From: a virus
Length of the DNA stretch: 64,000 nucleotides
Strand: one strand, 5' to 3'
Virus record (IMG/VR): IMGVR_UViG_3300020048_000003
Shown here: positions 38,418-48,872 of the stretch, in pieces
Position numbering within the stretch: the stretch's first letter is position 1
Layout: each line of letters starts with the position of its first letter
Program-made: the position numbers and the translations under genes
Notes under the pieces: model-generated
Told to the model about the DNA's origin: nothing
The model's database searches: none
The model's input: the letters and a program-made list of their open reading frames with translations, nothing else

Positions 38418-38794
38418 AAGTTATATTTCTTTGCATTTTTATAAATATCTGTATCATTCATATATTCAACAAAGTATTCAATTTGTTCTTTATTAAGAGA
38501 AATTTTTTCAGATTCTTCACCATTATCCCAACTAATATATACACTAATATTATCGTCATCTTTATTTACTCTATATACATCAAAAGCATCTTCATATTCA
38601 GTATAATTTTTATTATCTTCCTCTAATACTTTTGGTAATAAGGTAGGATTATAAAATAAAAATTCTTCCATTCTTCTAAATAAATTTTGTTCTCTAACAA
38701 ACATATCAACCCTTTCATCTAAAAATTTTGATAATTTACTTGCTGACCATCCAACTTCTAAAGTACTTGATTCATAATTTTTTAGATATTTCAT
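38414..38794 (-). CDS. family B cassette protein (MKYLKNYESS ... AKKYNL)
   Basis: Conserved termini. Confidence 0.5.
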   Translation of the reverse strand: MKYLKNYESSTLEVGWSASKLSKFLDERVDMFVREQNLFRRMEEFLFYNPTLLPKVLEEDNKNYTEYEDAFDVYRVNKDDDNISVYISWDNGEESEKISLNKEQIEYFVEYMNDTDIYKNAKKYNL

Positions 38795-39651
38795 AGTTCC
38801 ATTAATTTGTTTGTATATAGATAATACATAAATGCTGTCATGATTTTTTCACGACTCCATTTATCAATCATTATGGGTATATTTAAATATTCTTTATATT
38901 TATTTGAGTACTCATCTTCAAATTTTATTAAATATTCGTTGAATATTGTTAATGAATCTGCTTTAACTATATCACTATAAAGCTTATATGGATCCGTTTC
39001 TTTTTGTTTCTTTTTTAATTTATCAATATCTTTTGCTCTATCAACATTTAAGTATAAAATATCACTAATTTGTTGATCTGTCAATCCTCTTTTTACATTT
39101 TTTAAGTGATTAACAATAATATTTGTGATAATATTAGATTTTCTACCATACATTTTTTTAACAATTCTAGTAAAATTTTCTGCAAATTCTTTTTTGAAAG
39201 TATTTGTAATATCTTCAAAGTTTTCTTCTTCTTTTTTTAATTTTCTTGTTCCTGAAAATTCATGTAGCCAATTACCAGATATTAATTGATAATTTTTATA
39301 GCCTCTCTCAATCTTTTTTGTGATTTCTGTGAATGTTGATTGAATTCTTTCTACTCTTTTCCATTGTTCATTTCCAAAATCATCTTTTTCAGTTAATAGA
39401 TATGTTTCAACATAATATTTTCTATCATAAGAAAATAGAATAAATAATTTATCTTGATGAATAGATATGATTAATGTATTTTTTGATCTACGTAAAGCAG
39501 AAACAGCATCTTTTTTATATGTTAAATTTTTCCATTGTGCATCATCAGAAATAGCATAATTCTTTTGTATGCTTTTCATTACTGAATATGGTACACCTAT
39601 TTCTAATAATGATGTTTTTTCAAATAATTTGAAAGATAATATAAATTTCAT
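38791..39651 (-). CDS. family B-like protein, first gene of the minus-strand array (MKFILSFKLFE)
   Basis: N-terminal similarity only. Confidence 0.45.
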   Translation of the reverse strand: MKFILSFKLFEKTSLLEIGVPYSVMKSIQKNYAISDDAQWKNLTYKKDAVSALRRSKNTLIISIHQDKLFILFSYDRKYYVETYLLTEKDDFGNEQWKRVERIQSTFTEITKKIERGYKNYQLISGNWLHEFSGTRKLKKEEENFEDITNTFKKEFAENFTRIVKKMYGRKSNIITNIIVNHLKNVKRGLTDQQISDILYLNVDRAKDIDKLKKKQKETDPYKLYSDIVKADSLTIFNEYLIKFEDEYSNKYKEYLNIPIMIDKWSREKIMTAFMYYLYTNKLMEL

Positions 39652-39826
39652 ATTTTATATATATTAAAATGGTAATATGATTTTTATTTTTGGTTTGATA
39701 AAAAATGAGTTTTTTTATTTAATATATAATAGAAAAAATAATAAGGCATATTACAAAAAAATATCTTTTACTGATGGCGAAGAGGTAGTCATATAAAGAC
39801 CTTATAAAAAAATAATTAAAAGAAAA

Positions 39827-40528
39827 ATGAGAATTAAAAAATTAATGTATGATTCGTTCTACTCAAATAATGAAGCGTTTTCAGGTGTTACGTCAGTAGA
39901 AAGTTTAGGAAGCGATTTATATTTTCACTATATAAAACAAAGTAGTGGACACTATAAATTATCGGGAAATACAGCTGCATTGGCATCAGGGGTAATTTTT
40001 GAGGATAGTGTTACCACATCAATTGTTGTTACACCAGCAGCAAGTTATCAATATTCAGGTTTAACTGTACAAATAGCTGTTGTCAATCAAGATGGTATTG
40101 ATGTACTCAGTGAATGTAGTATTTTAAGTTCAAATCCTGTTGTTGGACAAACTGGCTCAACTAAGGGACTTATAACAGTTACTAACACAGGTGTAACTAC
40201 AATTAATGTTACACATAATGATGGTCCAACTGGATCCGCAACTGTAACAGGCTACTGGCCAGGTCCAGTAACAATTACACCTCTTGTAGCAACTGGCGTA
40301 ACTGGAACAACTCTACAATTTACTTTAACTAGTGATCCAACAGGAAGAAATATAACTTCATTAGCAACTTGGACAAGTAGTGCAACTGGTGTTACTATCG
40401 GAGCATCAACAGGTTTAGCTACAATTGCCGCACACGCAGGATCAACTGCGACAATAACAGCAACATATGGAACATTAACAGGTTCAGCATATGTACCAAC
40501 ACGAACTCTTACTATTTCCGGGGCTTAA
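39827..40528 (+). CDS. bacterial Ig-like (Big_2-like) domain protein, Thr/Ser/Gly-rich
   Basis: ITVTNTGVTTINVTHNDGPTGSATVTGYWPGPVTITP repeats. Higher GC than the surrounding DNA. Confidence 0.5.
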   Translation: MRIKKLMYDSFYSNNEAFSGVTSVESLGSDLYFHYIKQSSGHYKLSGNTAALASGVIFEDSVTTSIVVTPAASYQYSGLTVQIAVVNQDGIDVLSECSILSSNPVVGQTGSTKGLITVTNTGVTTINVTHNDGPTGSATVTGYWPGPVTITPLVATGVTGTTLQFTLTSDPTGRNITSLATWTSSATGVTIGASTGLATIAAHAGSTATITATYGTLTGSAYVPTRTLTISGA

Positions 40529-40545
40529 CTTTAATGTTTAATCAA

Positions 40546-40578
40546 AACAAAAAGACCATTTTTCAATGGTCTTTTTTT
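40546..40578. terminator. bidirectional rho-independent terminator
   Basis: AAGACCATT-TTTCA-AATGGTCTT with A- and T-runs, between convergent genes. Confidence 0.6.
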
Positions 40579-40603
40579 GTTTCTGTAAAACTCTGATTAT
40601 CAA

Positions 40604-41545
40604 TTACTTTTCATCATCTAATTCAAAGAAGTCTTCTGCATCATCGTTTTCGCCGAATGTTGCTTCATCTTCAGGTTCTTTAGTTGAGAATGTATCAGAT
40701 GCTTTTTGTATTGCTCTTTCTGACATATTAATATCGTTTCCGACTAATACTTCAAGAATTTGTGATACTTTGTAGCGATCTTCTGCTGTCCATTCTTTTG
40801 GAAGATGATCTTCCAAATTAACAGTGCGTTCCATTAAGAATTGAGTAATCTTTTCTTTAACTTTAGGATTTGTGATTTTGTTTTTTCCAGTTTTTGGATC
40901 AACTTCAACAGGTGCTTTCTTACCTTGAATTTGAATAGGAGAGATATCCATAAATGTACTTGAATCATAATTAGGATAATCACCTAATTGTTTCATAACA
41001 AGTTTAAAGTTTTTACCATTAGCCAAGTCAAATACATTACAAGGGTCGCCTGAAATGCCATCTTTTTGGTCTTTGATTTTTTCTTTAATCTTGTAGCCAT
41101 AAGGATAAATTAGAATTTTTCCTTCTAATTCACGATTTTGTTCATCTTCAATAACAAGAATATAAGAATAATATTTTGTGTTTCTTCCAATAAGTTCTGC
41201 CTTTTCTACATCAGAAGCATTTTTTGAATTTTTTAATTTCCAGTACATTGTACAAAAATCACACTTGTCAGTAAAATTTTTCATACAGTCATAATATCCC
41301 ATTAATTCAGGATGATTTTTAAAATCAACATAGTGCTGGTGTTTTTCAATTGCTGCTTGTAATACTTTTCCTTCTTTGGAGAGATTGGGTAAAAAACGGA
41401 TTGTTGAGATATATCCTTTTTTCTTGTCGGTAATTTTTGGACGATAGATACCATCTAAACTACCACCTTTTTTTTCTAGAAAATCTAGAGTTTCACTTCC
41501 TGCGTCAATACTGTCAAAAATATCAACATTTTCAATTTCTTTCAT
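40604..41545 (-). CDS. putative ssDNA-binding protein (T4 gp32-like)
   Basis: His...C-x7-C-x2-C zinc site HPELMGYYDCMKNFTDKCDFC. Acidic C-terminal tail ...DDAEDFFELDDEK. Confidence 0.4.
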   Translation of the reverse strand: MKEIENVDIFDSIDAGSETLDFLEKKGGSLDGIYRPKITDKKKGYISTIRFLPNLSKEGKVLQAAIEKHQHYVDFKNHPELMGYYDCMKNFTDKCDFCTMYWKLKNSKNASDVEKAELIGRNTKYYSYILVIEDEQNRELEGKILIYPYGYKIKEKIKDQKDGISGDPCNVFDLANGKNFKLVMKQLGDYPNYDSSTFMDISPIQIQGKKAPVEVDPKTGKNKITNPKVKEKITQFLMERTVNLEDHLPKEWTAEDRYKVSQILEVLVGNDINMSERAIQKASDTFSTKEPEDEATFGENDDAEDFFELDDEK

Positions 41546-41668
41546 TGCCTTTAATTATTTTTAATAAGCCTTTTAGCCTTAAAATATTCTAAAACCTCTT
41601 ACAGTCTTAAAACATTATATATGTTATATAATTAAATATATGAAAAGTTTAATTTAGATTAAATAAAA

Positions 41669-41971
41669 TTAAAGATATTTTATCCAAGAGTATGGCTTTC
41701 TTTTGCTTAAATACCCTAGGTTGTGGTCATTTTGATATGCTTCTTTTTCAAATGAAATTTCATGATATCCTTTAAATGCCCACTCAATCAAATACAAAAT
41801 ATAAAAAGGTAAAATCAACATTTCTAATTGTTGTTTATAATGTATTTTCTCGTGATTTAAAGTTTTTATATTATGTGGATGTTTTAGATATATTCCAAAA
41901 GGGCAGAGAGATATTCCTAATATTTCACCAAAAAAATATTTTATTGGTTTATTTATTTTTCTTATTCTCAT
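41669..41971 (-). CDS. small membrane protein
   Basis: ORF track. Hydrophobic helices. Confidence 0.35.
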   Translation of the reverse strand: MRIRKINKPIKYFFGEILGISLCPFGIYLKHPHNIKTLNHEKIHYKQQLEMLILPFYILYLIEWAFKGYHEISFEKEAYQNDHNLGYLSKRKPYSWIKYL

Positions 41972-42356
41972 TTTTTATACCTTTTATATCTATAATATAT
42001 TTTTTATTTACTTTTTGCTTTATATCTGAATTTTTGTAGAAATCTTCAAATTTATAACCAAGTTCGTCTAGTTTTAGGTTAAGCATACATTGTAAATTAT
42101 AGAGGTTAAATTGCCAAAAGTTTATATAAAATTGAGAATAACCTTCAGCAGTAAATATATCAAAGTTTTCAAGATTCTTTAAAGTCATATTTAGAAATTC
42201 AATACAAAAATCGTTATATTTATATTTATATTTGATTTTAGATTTCTTCAAATCATTGTTAATGAACTCTATGGTCGTTTTATATGCTTTATAGTCATCA
42301 ACAAAAGAATTGATTAAAGCTGTTTTAATAATCTTTTTCCTATCTTCAACTTCCAT
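41949..42356 (-). CDS. hypothetical protein
   Basis: ORF track. Confidence 0.4.
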   Translation of the reverse strand: MEVEDRKKIIKTALINSFVDDYKAYKTTIEFINNDLKKSKIKYKYKYNDFCIEFLNMTLKNLENFDIFTAEGYSQFYINFWQFNLYNLQCMLNLKLDELGYKFEDFYKNSDIKQKVNKKYIIDIKGIKNENKKNK

Positions 42357-42425
42357 ACAGTATATATTAAAAAATTATATTTGATAAGTATAAATTTTAT
42401 ATATAAAAGAAATTAAAAATATAAA

Positions 42426-45137
42426 ATGGCTTTATTAAAGTTATCAAGTATAAAACCTACTATTGCAACAAATGCACAATCATCTGATTTATCAAGTTCT
42501 GTGAGTGGTAATTTAGGTCTTATAGAATCTCAAACAAATTTAAAGAATAATGATTACATTAATATTAGGAATGCTGTTAAAATATTAGAAAAATATTCTA
42601 ATTGGAATGGATATACAAAACTTTATACCGAAGTACAGAGTAATTTTCATTTAGGTGATATAGTTTATATTACATATACAGAACCGACAATTGATTCAGA
42701 GACATTTAATCTTGAAAATCCATCCGTACCATTTGCTGATTTCTATTTGGGTTATAAAGTATTACATGCTAATCCATATAAAAATATGGTTGTTATTGAT
42801 AGATATTTCAATGATATAACTTCTGGTAAAAAGTTAAAAAATCAATATCTAAGTAAAATATCTTGTAGAGGCGGTGATTATTATGATGATGTTGCTGATG
42901 GTGTAGTTTTTTACGATTGTAATATTTTTAATAACACATTTGCACCATTAACAGGCATAGTTAGTGGTTCAACAATTGCTGGTGCAGTTATAAATTGTTT
43001 CGGAGTTAGTTCTATATCAGATTCTGGTGGTTCATATTCAATGAATGTGCCTATTGGTCCTGTTATCTTAAATTGTCAAGCAACTGGTTATATTGGTAGA
43101 ACACTTTTTTTGAATATACAAGAAAACACAACAAATGTACAAGATATTCTCATGACTCTTGGCTCAAATTCAATAACTATAAGTGCTGATGCTACAACAA
43201 TTTGTGCAGGTAAAACTATTACATTTTCTGTTAGTAGTATGATAGGCTATTCAGATCCAATAGTTAGTTATTTATGGAAAATAAATGGAATAAACGTAGG
43301 AACTGATAATTCAATTTTTGCATATAGTTCATTTTCAAATGGTGATGTTGTAACATGTGAAGTTAATGATGATATTACTTCAAGTGTAAGTAACTCTATT
43401 ACAATAACTGTTCAGCCAGTTAAAAATGTAAATATACATATTGCAAATACTCCAAATTCTATGTTTGGAAATAGATGTTATGTTAATCTAATATATCATA
43501 TTATGTTTGTTGCTACAACAGAAAATGTTTGTGCTGGTGATGTTTATCAATGGTATAAAAATGATATTGCGGTTGGTACTAATTCAAATACTTATGAAGA
43601 AATTGCACCAATGGAATTAGATAGATTCTATTGTGTTGTGACAAGTGGCTGTCTTTGTCCAAATGTACCATCGGCACAATCCAATACAGTAGAATTACGT
43701 TCTAGAAAAATACATATAACAAGCAATCAAGCATCAAATACTATTTGTAGCGGAACTACAGTTCATTTTTATGCTACACAATCTGGATTTAAGGATCCTA
43801 TATATACTTGGAAAGTTAATGGTGTAGCATCTATGTTTATACCAACAAACAACACAACCTATTCTACTATGTTATCAACTGGTGATATTGTTACTTGTGA
43901 ATGTAAAGATGCTAATGATAGTTTTCCTGCTGATACAAGTAATCCAATAACATTTATCGTTGTTCCATCTTCTACATTTGAAGTTGAAATTGTTAATCCT
44001 ATTTATATTCCATCTGGTGGATATAATACTATTTATTTTAATCCTTCTAACACTTCAATGAATCTTGAAGGTGAAATCCAAGGAACAGCATATACTGGTG
44101 ATACATTAAAATGGTACAGAAATGCCACTTTACTTTCAACAACAGTTATTACGAATCCATTATCACCAACTTCAACATATACATTAGATTTACCACAAAA
44201 TCAGGATCAGATAAATTTAGTTGGTCATAGTACCTGTGTTTGTAATGTTGTGAGAGATGTTACATTTAGTGCCGAACTTATCGCTATGTCTGTTCAGATA
44301 TCTTCAAATAATTCTTCAAATTTATGTTCAGGTAGCACAATTGCATTTACATCTTCTTTAATAGGATTTATAATTCCTACATATCAATGGAAACGAAATG
44401 GATCAAATATTGGTGGTGCTACAACATCAACATATTCATCAGCATCATTAAATAATGGCGATGCAATTACTTGTGTTGTGACAGAGTCACCTAATTCTAT
44501 TACAAGTAATGCGATTTCTGTGATTGTTAATAAGAAAACTGATTTTGAACTTGATATAACACAAAATTCATCATTACCTATTTATAATTCTAATCCACCT
44601 TCTTCCGGTGATTATTTTATACCTGTTGCTAATGAAGATGGATTAAGTATATCTTTTACTGCTATCGCAAATGCAAATCCAACTGTAACATATTCACCAA
44701 CATATCAATGGTACTATATTAGAACTGGTGTTCATGCTGTGAATGGAGCAACAACAACTAATTTAGTCTGGAATGAACCTTTAAATAACGATACTATTTA
44801 TTGTAAAATGAATAGTAACTATAATTGTATAAATACATATGGTCCTATTGTTGATAGTCAACAAGTTAGAATTGTATTTAAAAGTATAAGTATTTTATAT
44901 TCACCACCTAATTTTTATTCAAGTATTATTGGATTTAATACACCAATATATCAATGGTTCTCTGGTACAACTATAAGTAATGTTGCTACATGGGTTGGTG
45001 CAACAAGTTCAACTTCTCCTCCTAGATCATATTCTAGTGGAAATGCAGTTCAATGTATGGTAACTGAAGGAGATGTATTATCTGGAGATTATGATTATTT
45101 TGCTTACAGTGAAGTTTTAGTTTATCCTTTTACTTAA
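42426..45137 (+). CDS. large Ig-like/PKD-like repeat protein (adhesin or tail-fibre candidate)
   Basis: At least four repeats of ICxGxTxxF...Y.WK.NG.......Y.....GD.VTCEV. Confidence 0.55.
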   Translation: MALLKLSSIKPTIATNAQSSDLSSSVSGNLGLIESQTNLKNNDYINIRNAVKILEKYSNWNGYTKLYTEVQSNFHLGDIVYITYTEPTIDSETFNLENPSVPFADFYLGYKVLHANPYKNMVVIDRYFNDITSGKKLKNQYLSKISCRGGDYYDDVADGVVFYDCNIFNNTFAPLTGIVSGSTIAGAVINCFGVSSISDSGGSYSMNVPIGPVILNCQATGYIGRTLFLNIQENTTNVQDILMTLGSNSITISADATTICAGKTITFSVSSMIGYSDPIVSYLWKINGINVGTDNSIFAYSSFSNGDVVTCEVNDDITSSVSNSITITVQPVKNVNIHIANTPNSMFGNRCYVNLIYHIMFVATTENVCAGDVYQWYKNDIAVGTNSNTYEEIAPMELDRFYCVVTSGCLCPNVPSAQSNTVELRSRKIHITSNQASNTICSGTTVHFYATQSGFKDPIYTWKVNGVASMFIPTNNTTYSTMLSTGDIVTCECKDANDSFPADTSNPITFIVVPSSTFEVEIVNPIYIPSGGYNTIYFNPSNTSMNLEGEIQGTAYTGDTLKWYRNATLLSTTVITNPLSPTSTYTLDLPQNQDQINLVGHSTCVCNVVRDVTFSAELIAMSVQISSNNSSNLCSGSTIAFTSSLIGFIIPTYQWKRNGSNIGGATTSTYSSASLNNGDAITCVVTESPNSITSNAISVIVNKKTDFELDITQNSSLPIYNSNPPSSGDYFIPVANEDGLSISFTAIANANPTVTYSPTYQWYYIRTGVHAVNGATTTNLVWNEPLNNDTIYCKMNSNYNCINTYGPIVDSQQVRIVFKSISILYSPPNFYSSIIGFNTPIYQWFSGTTISNVATWVGATSSTSPPRSYSSGNAVQCMVTEGDVLSGDYDYFAYSEVLVYPFT

Positions 45138-45152
45138 AAAAACAATTAAATA

Positions 45153-46463
45153 ATGAAAATAACACAAGCCGTTTTAAAATATTGTAATGTTTATGGTATA
45201 ACATTTAGTGATAAATATTCAAATATAAAATCTATTGTTACAAGTGATAATTACAATTCTAAATTTACTAGTGAATCACAAACTTCTACTATATTATTAA
45301 ATGATTCATCGTATTATAATAGAGTAGAAAAATGTAAATTATTTAATTGTAATGTTGAAAATGGACATTTTTTGAATTCTAATTTTATTGGTTTATCTGG
45401 TGTGACAAACTACATTAATGAAGGTTATTTTAGTGGATGTACTTTTTCTGGATATACAATAAATGGTGGTAAATTCTATAACTGTGTTGTACATTCAAAT
45501 AATGTATGGGAGAATGGATATTGGGACAATTCAAATGGTACGGTAGATTTTAGAGCATCTTGGCACGATGGTATCTGGAATAGAGGAAGATTTGCAAGTG
45601 ACCAAGGATGGACAGGTGGTACATTTAATGGAGGTACTTTTGAATATCCAGCAATTTGGTATAATGGTATAGCAAATGGTGGAATATTTAGTGGAGCAAC
45701 TTGGTGGAGAGGCTTAGTTAGAAACGCAACTTTTATGAATTCACAATTTAATGGTGGCGTTTTCAATTCAGGTAAAATAATTAATAGTGCAATTCAAGGT
45801 GGTATAATTAATGGTGGTAGTATAAATAATTCAGTTGTAACTGCTTATTATAATCATACAATTCTCAATGGTGGAACATTGTCTGGTGGTTCATTGAGTG
45901 ATATGAACGTTGAAGTTAGAGGTGCTAATTTAAATTATATAAATACAACTTATTGTACTATATATGCAACTAATTCAATAGGTACAAGGTTAGATGGTGC
46001 TATAATATATGGTGGAATTTTTAAAAATTGTAATATTGAAAGTGGTGATATATATAACGGCACCTTTACTAATTTATCGGGCACTACGGGTCCAAGTAGT
46101 TCATTTACAATACACAATGGTACATTTGATAATAGTTATTTTCAAAATGCGACATTGATTAAAAATGGTAATTTTGTAAATTGTGTTGCAAATAATATAA
46201 CTTGGGATTATGGTATTTTTACAGATGGAAATATGTTAAATAGTATTTGGCGTGATGGGTATGTTAATGATTCATTTTTATCTGGAACGACATGGCACGA
46301 TGGTCAATTTTATGGATCTGAATTTTGGTCGGGAACACCGACTAGTAAATGGTTAGGTGGAATTTTCCATTATGGATATTTAGATGGTATTTATTATACA
46401 CAAGCACCTACAACAAAATGGTCTTCTCAACAGCAAGTAGCACAACCACCTTCATCATTTTAA
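45153..46463 (+). CDS. beta-helix-like repeat protein, Gly/Asn-rich (fibre or receptor-binding candidate)
   Basis: Dozens of GG.F.N/ NG.F.NS pseudo-repeats. Confidence 0.5.
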   Translation: MKITQAVLKYCNVYGITFSDKYSNIKSIVTSDNYNSKFTSESQTSTILLNDSSYYNRVEKCKLFNCNVENGHFLNSNFIGLSGVTNYINEGYFSGCTFSGYTINGGKFYNCVVHSNNVWENGYWDNSNGTVDFRASWHDGIWNRGRFASDQGWTGGTFNGGTFEYPAIWYNGIANGGIFSGATWWRGLVRNATFMNSQFNGGVFNSGKIINSAIQGGIINGGSINNSVVTAYYNHTILNGGTLSGGSLSDMNVEVRGANLNYINTTYCTIYATNSIGTRLDGAIIYGGIFKNCNIESGDIYNGTFTNLSGTTGPSSSFTIHNGTFDNSYFQNATLIKNGNFVNCVANNITWDYGIFTDGNMLNSIWRDGYVNDSFLSGTTWHDGQFYGSEFWSGTPTSKWLGGIFHYGYLDGIYYTQAPTTKWSSQQQVAQPPSSF

Positions 46464-46518
46464 ATAAACTTATATGTATATTTTATCTATATGAAATTAT
46501 TAAAAAATAATTGAAAAT

Positions 46519-46860
46519 ATGGATGAAAATTATTATAATATCGTTGGAAACAATGGTGAAAAAAGAGTTTATACAATTCCTATTGGTACAATATCACAAA
46601 AAGATGCTCAAGATACTATAAAAAATCTTATGATGGATTATAGAGATGATGTTGATTTTACTGTTGATTATTTTTTTCCGACTGAAGAAAATTTTCCATT
46701 AGAATTTGATACAGAAGAAGAAACTAAATATCATGACGAATGGATTCCACCTACATTAGATGAAATATGTGATAATTTAGAACAGAAACACAAGTTTTTA
46801 AGTGATGGTGAGTCAATTTCAATTATGAGATTAGTTGAATTTTATAGAAATTATAAATAA
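46519..46860 (+). CDS. acidic hypothetical protein
   Basis: ORF track. Confidence 0.45.
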   Translation: MDENYYNIVGNNGEKRVYTIPIGTISQKDAQDTIKNLMMDYRDDVDFTVDYFFPTEENFPLEFDTEEETKYHDEWIPPTLDEICDNLEQKHKFLSDGESISIMRLVEFYRNYK

Positions 46861-46861
46861 A

Positions 46862-47293
46862 ATGGCATTTAACTTAAATATAGGCTATCCTAATGATCCT
46901 GTTTATACAAATTTATTTATAATAAATTTTGATGATGAATATATGAAGGAGAATTGTTATAAAATGGATAAAAAATATTGTTATTTTAATGCTAATGAGA
47001 TTAATGAGAAAATTGTTCCATTAGAATATATTTATAGACTAATTAAAAATAAAGAAGTCTTTGACTTACCTATTTATATTCATAATAAAAAAGAAACAGT
47101 AATACAGATTATTATATTAGAAAATTTTCAATTTACCAAATTAAAAGATGTTGTAAATTTTGATTACAGTAGATTTTCTGATATTATGAAATTAAGAGTG
47201 AGATATAAATATAAAAATATGGTATTGTGTAATGATTATAATAAATATTTGAGAAAAAAGAAATTAGAAAATATAAAAAAAATATCTGAATAA
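46862..47293 (+). CDS. hypothetical protein, family A-like tail
   Basis: ORF track. Start moved to the MAFNLN ATG that follows the upstream stop. C-terminus KKLENIKKISE. Confidence 0.4.
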   Translation: MAFNLNIGYPNDPVYTNLFIINFDDEYMKENCYKMDKKYCYFNANEINEKIVPLEYIYRLIKNKEVFDLPIYIHNKKETVIQIIILENFQFTKLKDVVNFDYSRFSDIMKLRVRYKYKNMVLCNDYNKYLRKKKLENIKKISE

Positions 47294-47294
47294 A

Positions 47295-48242
47295 ATGGCA
47301 AGAGGAAGTAATTATATTTCATATTTTGGTGGAAAGAATAAAGCATCAAATTGGATTTGGTCACAAGTAACACCAGAAATGAAAAAATCAACAAAAATTT
47401 TTACTGAGGTTTTTTCGGGTGCTTTTTGGGTTTATCTTAATGAAGATTTTAGTTTTGCTGATAAAATCATATATAATGATATGAATCAGTATCTTACAAA
47501 TTTTTATGCTTGTGTGAGTACTCCAGAATATGTGGAACACTTAGAAAAACTTAGTAAACCAGGTGAATTATTACATTTTAATGTAAATTTAAAATCAACA
47601 CCAAAAGAAACTTATGATCATTATTACAGTTACTTTAAGGAATTGTTTCAAAAATATCGTCAAGAACTCTATTATGATAGAATAGGAGAACAGTTTACTA
47701 TAAATATACCTGACTTTGATCTTGCCGTAAAGTATGGTATAATGTTACGTCATGCGTTCTCAGGTATAAGTAATGATAAACAATGTGGTTTTTCTTATTC
47801 AGCATCTTCTTATATTGAAGGCAAAAAATGTCCAGAACCAAAATCGCAAATGCTAATAAGAAAAGTTAAAGATCCAATTTTAACAAATAAACTTAATAGA
47901 GTTAGCGCATTTGAATGTCTTGATTTTGAAGAACATATAAACAAATATGATTCAGAGAGTACATTATTTTATTTGGATCCACCTTATTATAGTACTGAAT
48001 TTCAATATTATAGAGGTAAAGAACATTTTGGAAAAGAAGGTCATCAAAGATTGGCAAATGTATTAAAAGATATAAAAGGAAAATTTATTTTATCTTATTA
48101 TGATTTTGATGGTTTAGATGAAATGTATCCGAGGAATGAGTTTAGATGGGAAGAAAAATCTTTTACAAGAGCAAGTACAACAATATCAAATCAAACTCTT
48201 GAAGAGAAGCAAGGTCATGAAATTTTAATCATGAACTATTAA
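47295..48242 (+). CDS. Dam-family N6-adenine DNA methyltransferase (alpha class)
   Basis: N-terminal YFGGKNK and FSGAFWVYLN (motif I), then DPPYYSTEF (motif IV). Confidence 0.7.
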   Translation: MARGSNYISYFGGKNKASNWIWSQVTPEMKKSTKIFTEVFSGAFWVYLNEDFSFADKIIYNDMNQYLTNFYACVSTPEYVEHLEKLSKPGELLHFNVNLKSTPKETYDHYYSYFKELFQKYRQELYYDRIGEQFTINIPDFDLAVKYGIMLRHAFSGISNDKQCGFSYSASSYIEGKKCPEPKSQMLIRKVKDPILTNKLNRVSAFECLDFEEHINKYDSESTLFYLDPPYYSTEFQYYRGKEHFGKEGHQRLANVLKDIKGKFILSYYDFDGLDEMYPRNEFRWEEKSFTRASTTISNQTLEEKQGHEILIMNY

Positions 48243-48257
48243 AAATAATAAAAAATT

Positions 48258-48698
48258 ATGGAACAACAATATTTCATACCAAAGCATAAGGATGAATATT
48301 TACCTGAGATAGTAAACGAAATGATGCTAAGTGGTAGAATACAAAGAGTTTATCCTTGGAATAATAGTATTTTATCTATTGAAAAGAGATTTTTTAGAAA
48401 ATTAAAAATTCAAAATATTGAGAATAGATTAACAGGTGATAATAAAAAATTATTAGATGTTTTAATTGATGAAAAATTTACACATTTATTAACTCCATCT
48501 GAATATAAAAAAAGAACAACGACACAAAGTTCAAGTGGATTTTCAGGTACTTGGGGTATGAGTGGTACTTCAGGTGTTTCAGGAGTTTCAGGTGGTTATG
48601 GAGTTTCAGGAAGTAATACTATTACAACTGGAAATTATAATACTGCTATTGGTCATACTGTATTAGCAGCAGGAACATATACTACATATACCATATGA
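48258..48698 (+). CDS. hypothetical protein with a Gly/Ser-rich collagen-like tail
   Basis: GFSGTWGMSGTSGVSGVSGGYGVSGS. Confidence 0.45.
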   Translation: MEQQYFIPKHKDEYLPEIVNEMMLSGRIQRVYPWNNSILSIEKRFFRKLKIQNIENRLTGDNKKLLDVLIDEKFTHLLTPSEYKKRTTTQSSSGFSGTWGMSGTSGVSGVSGGYGVSGSNTITTGNYNTAIGHTVLAAGTYTTYTI

Positions 48699-48872
48699 AA
48701 ATAATATTATAGTAAATCACTAAATTTTTCTTTACTGTTCCAATGTGCTAATTTCCAAATAGGATAAGATAGTATTATTAAGAAAATCATAAAAAAATAT
48801 GATATGATACCTATCATACCCATAAATGCGAAATAAAATAAAAATAAAATGTCTCTCATAACTTATATATAT

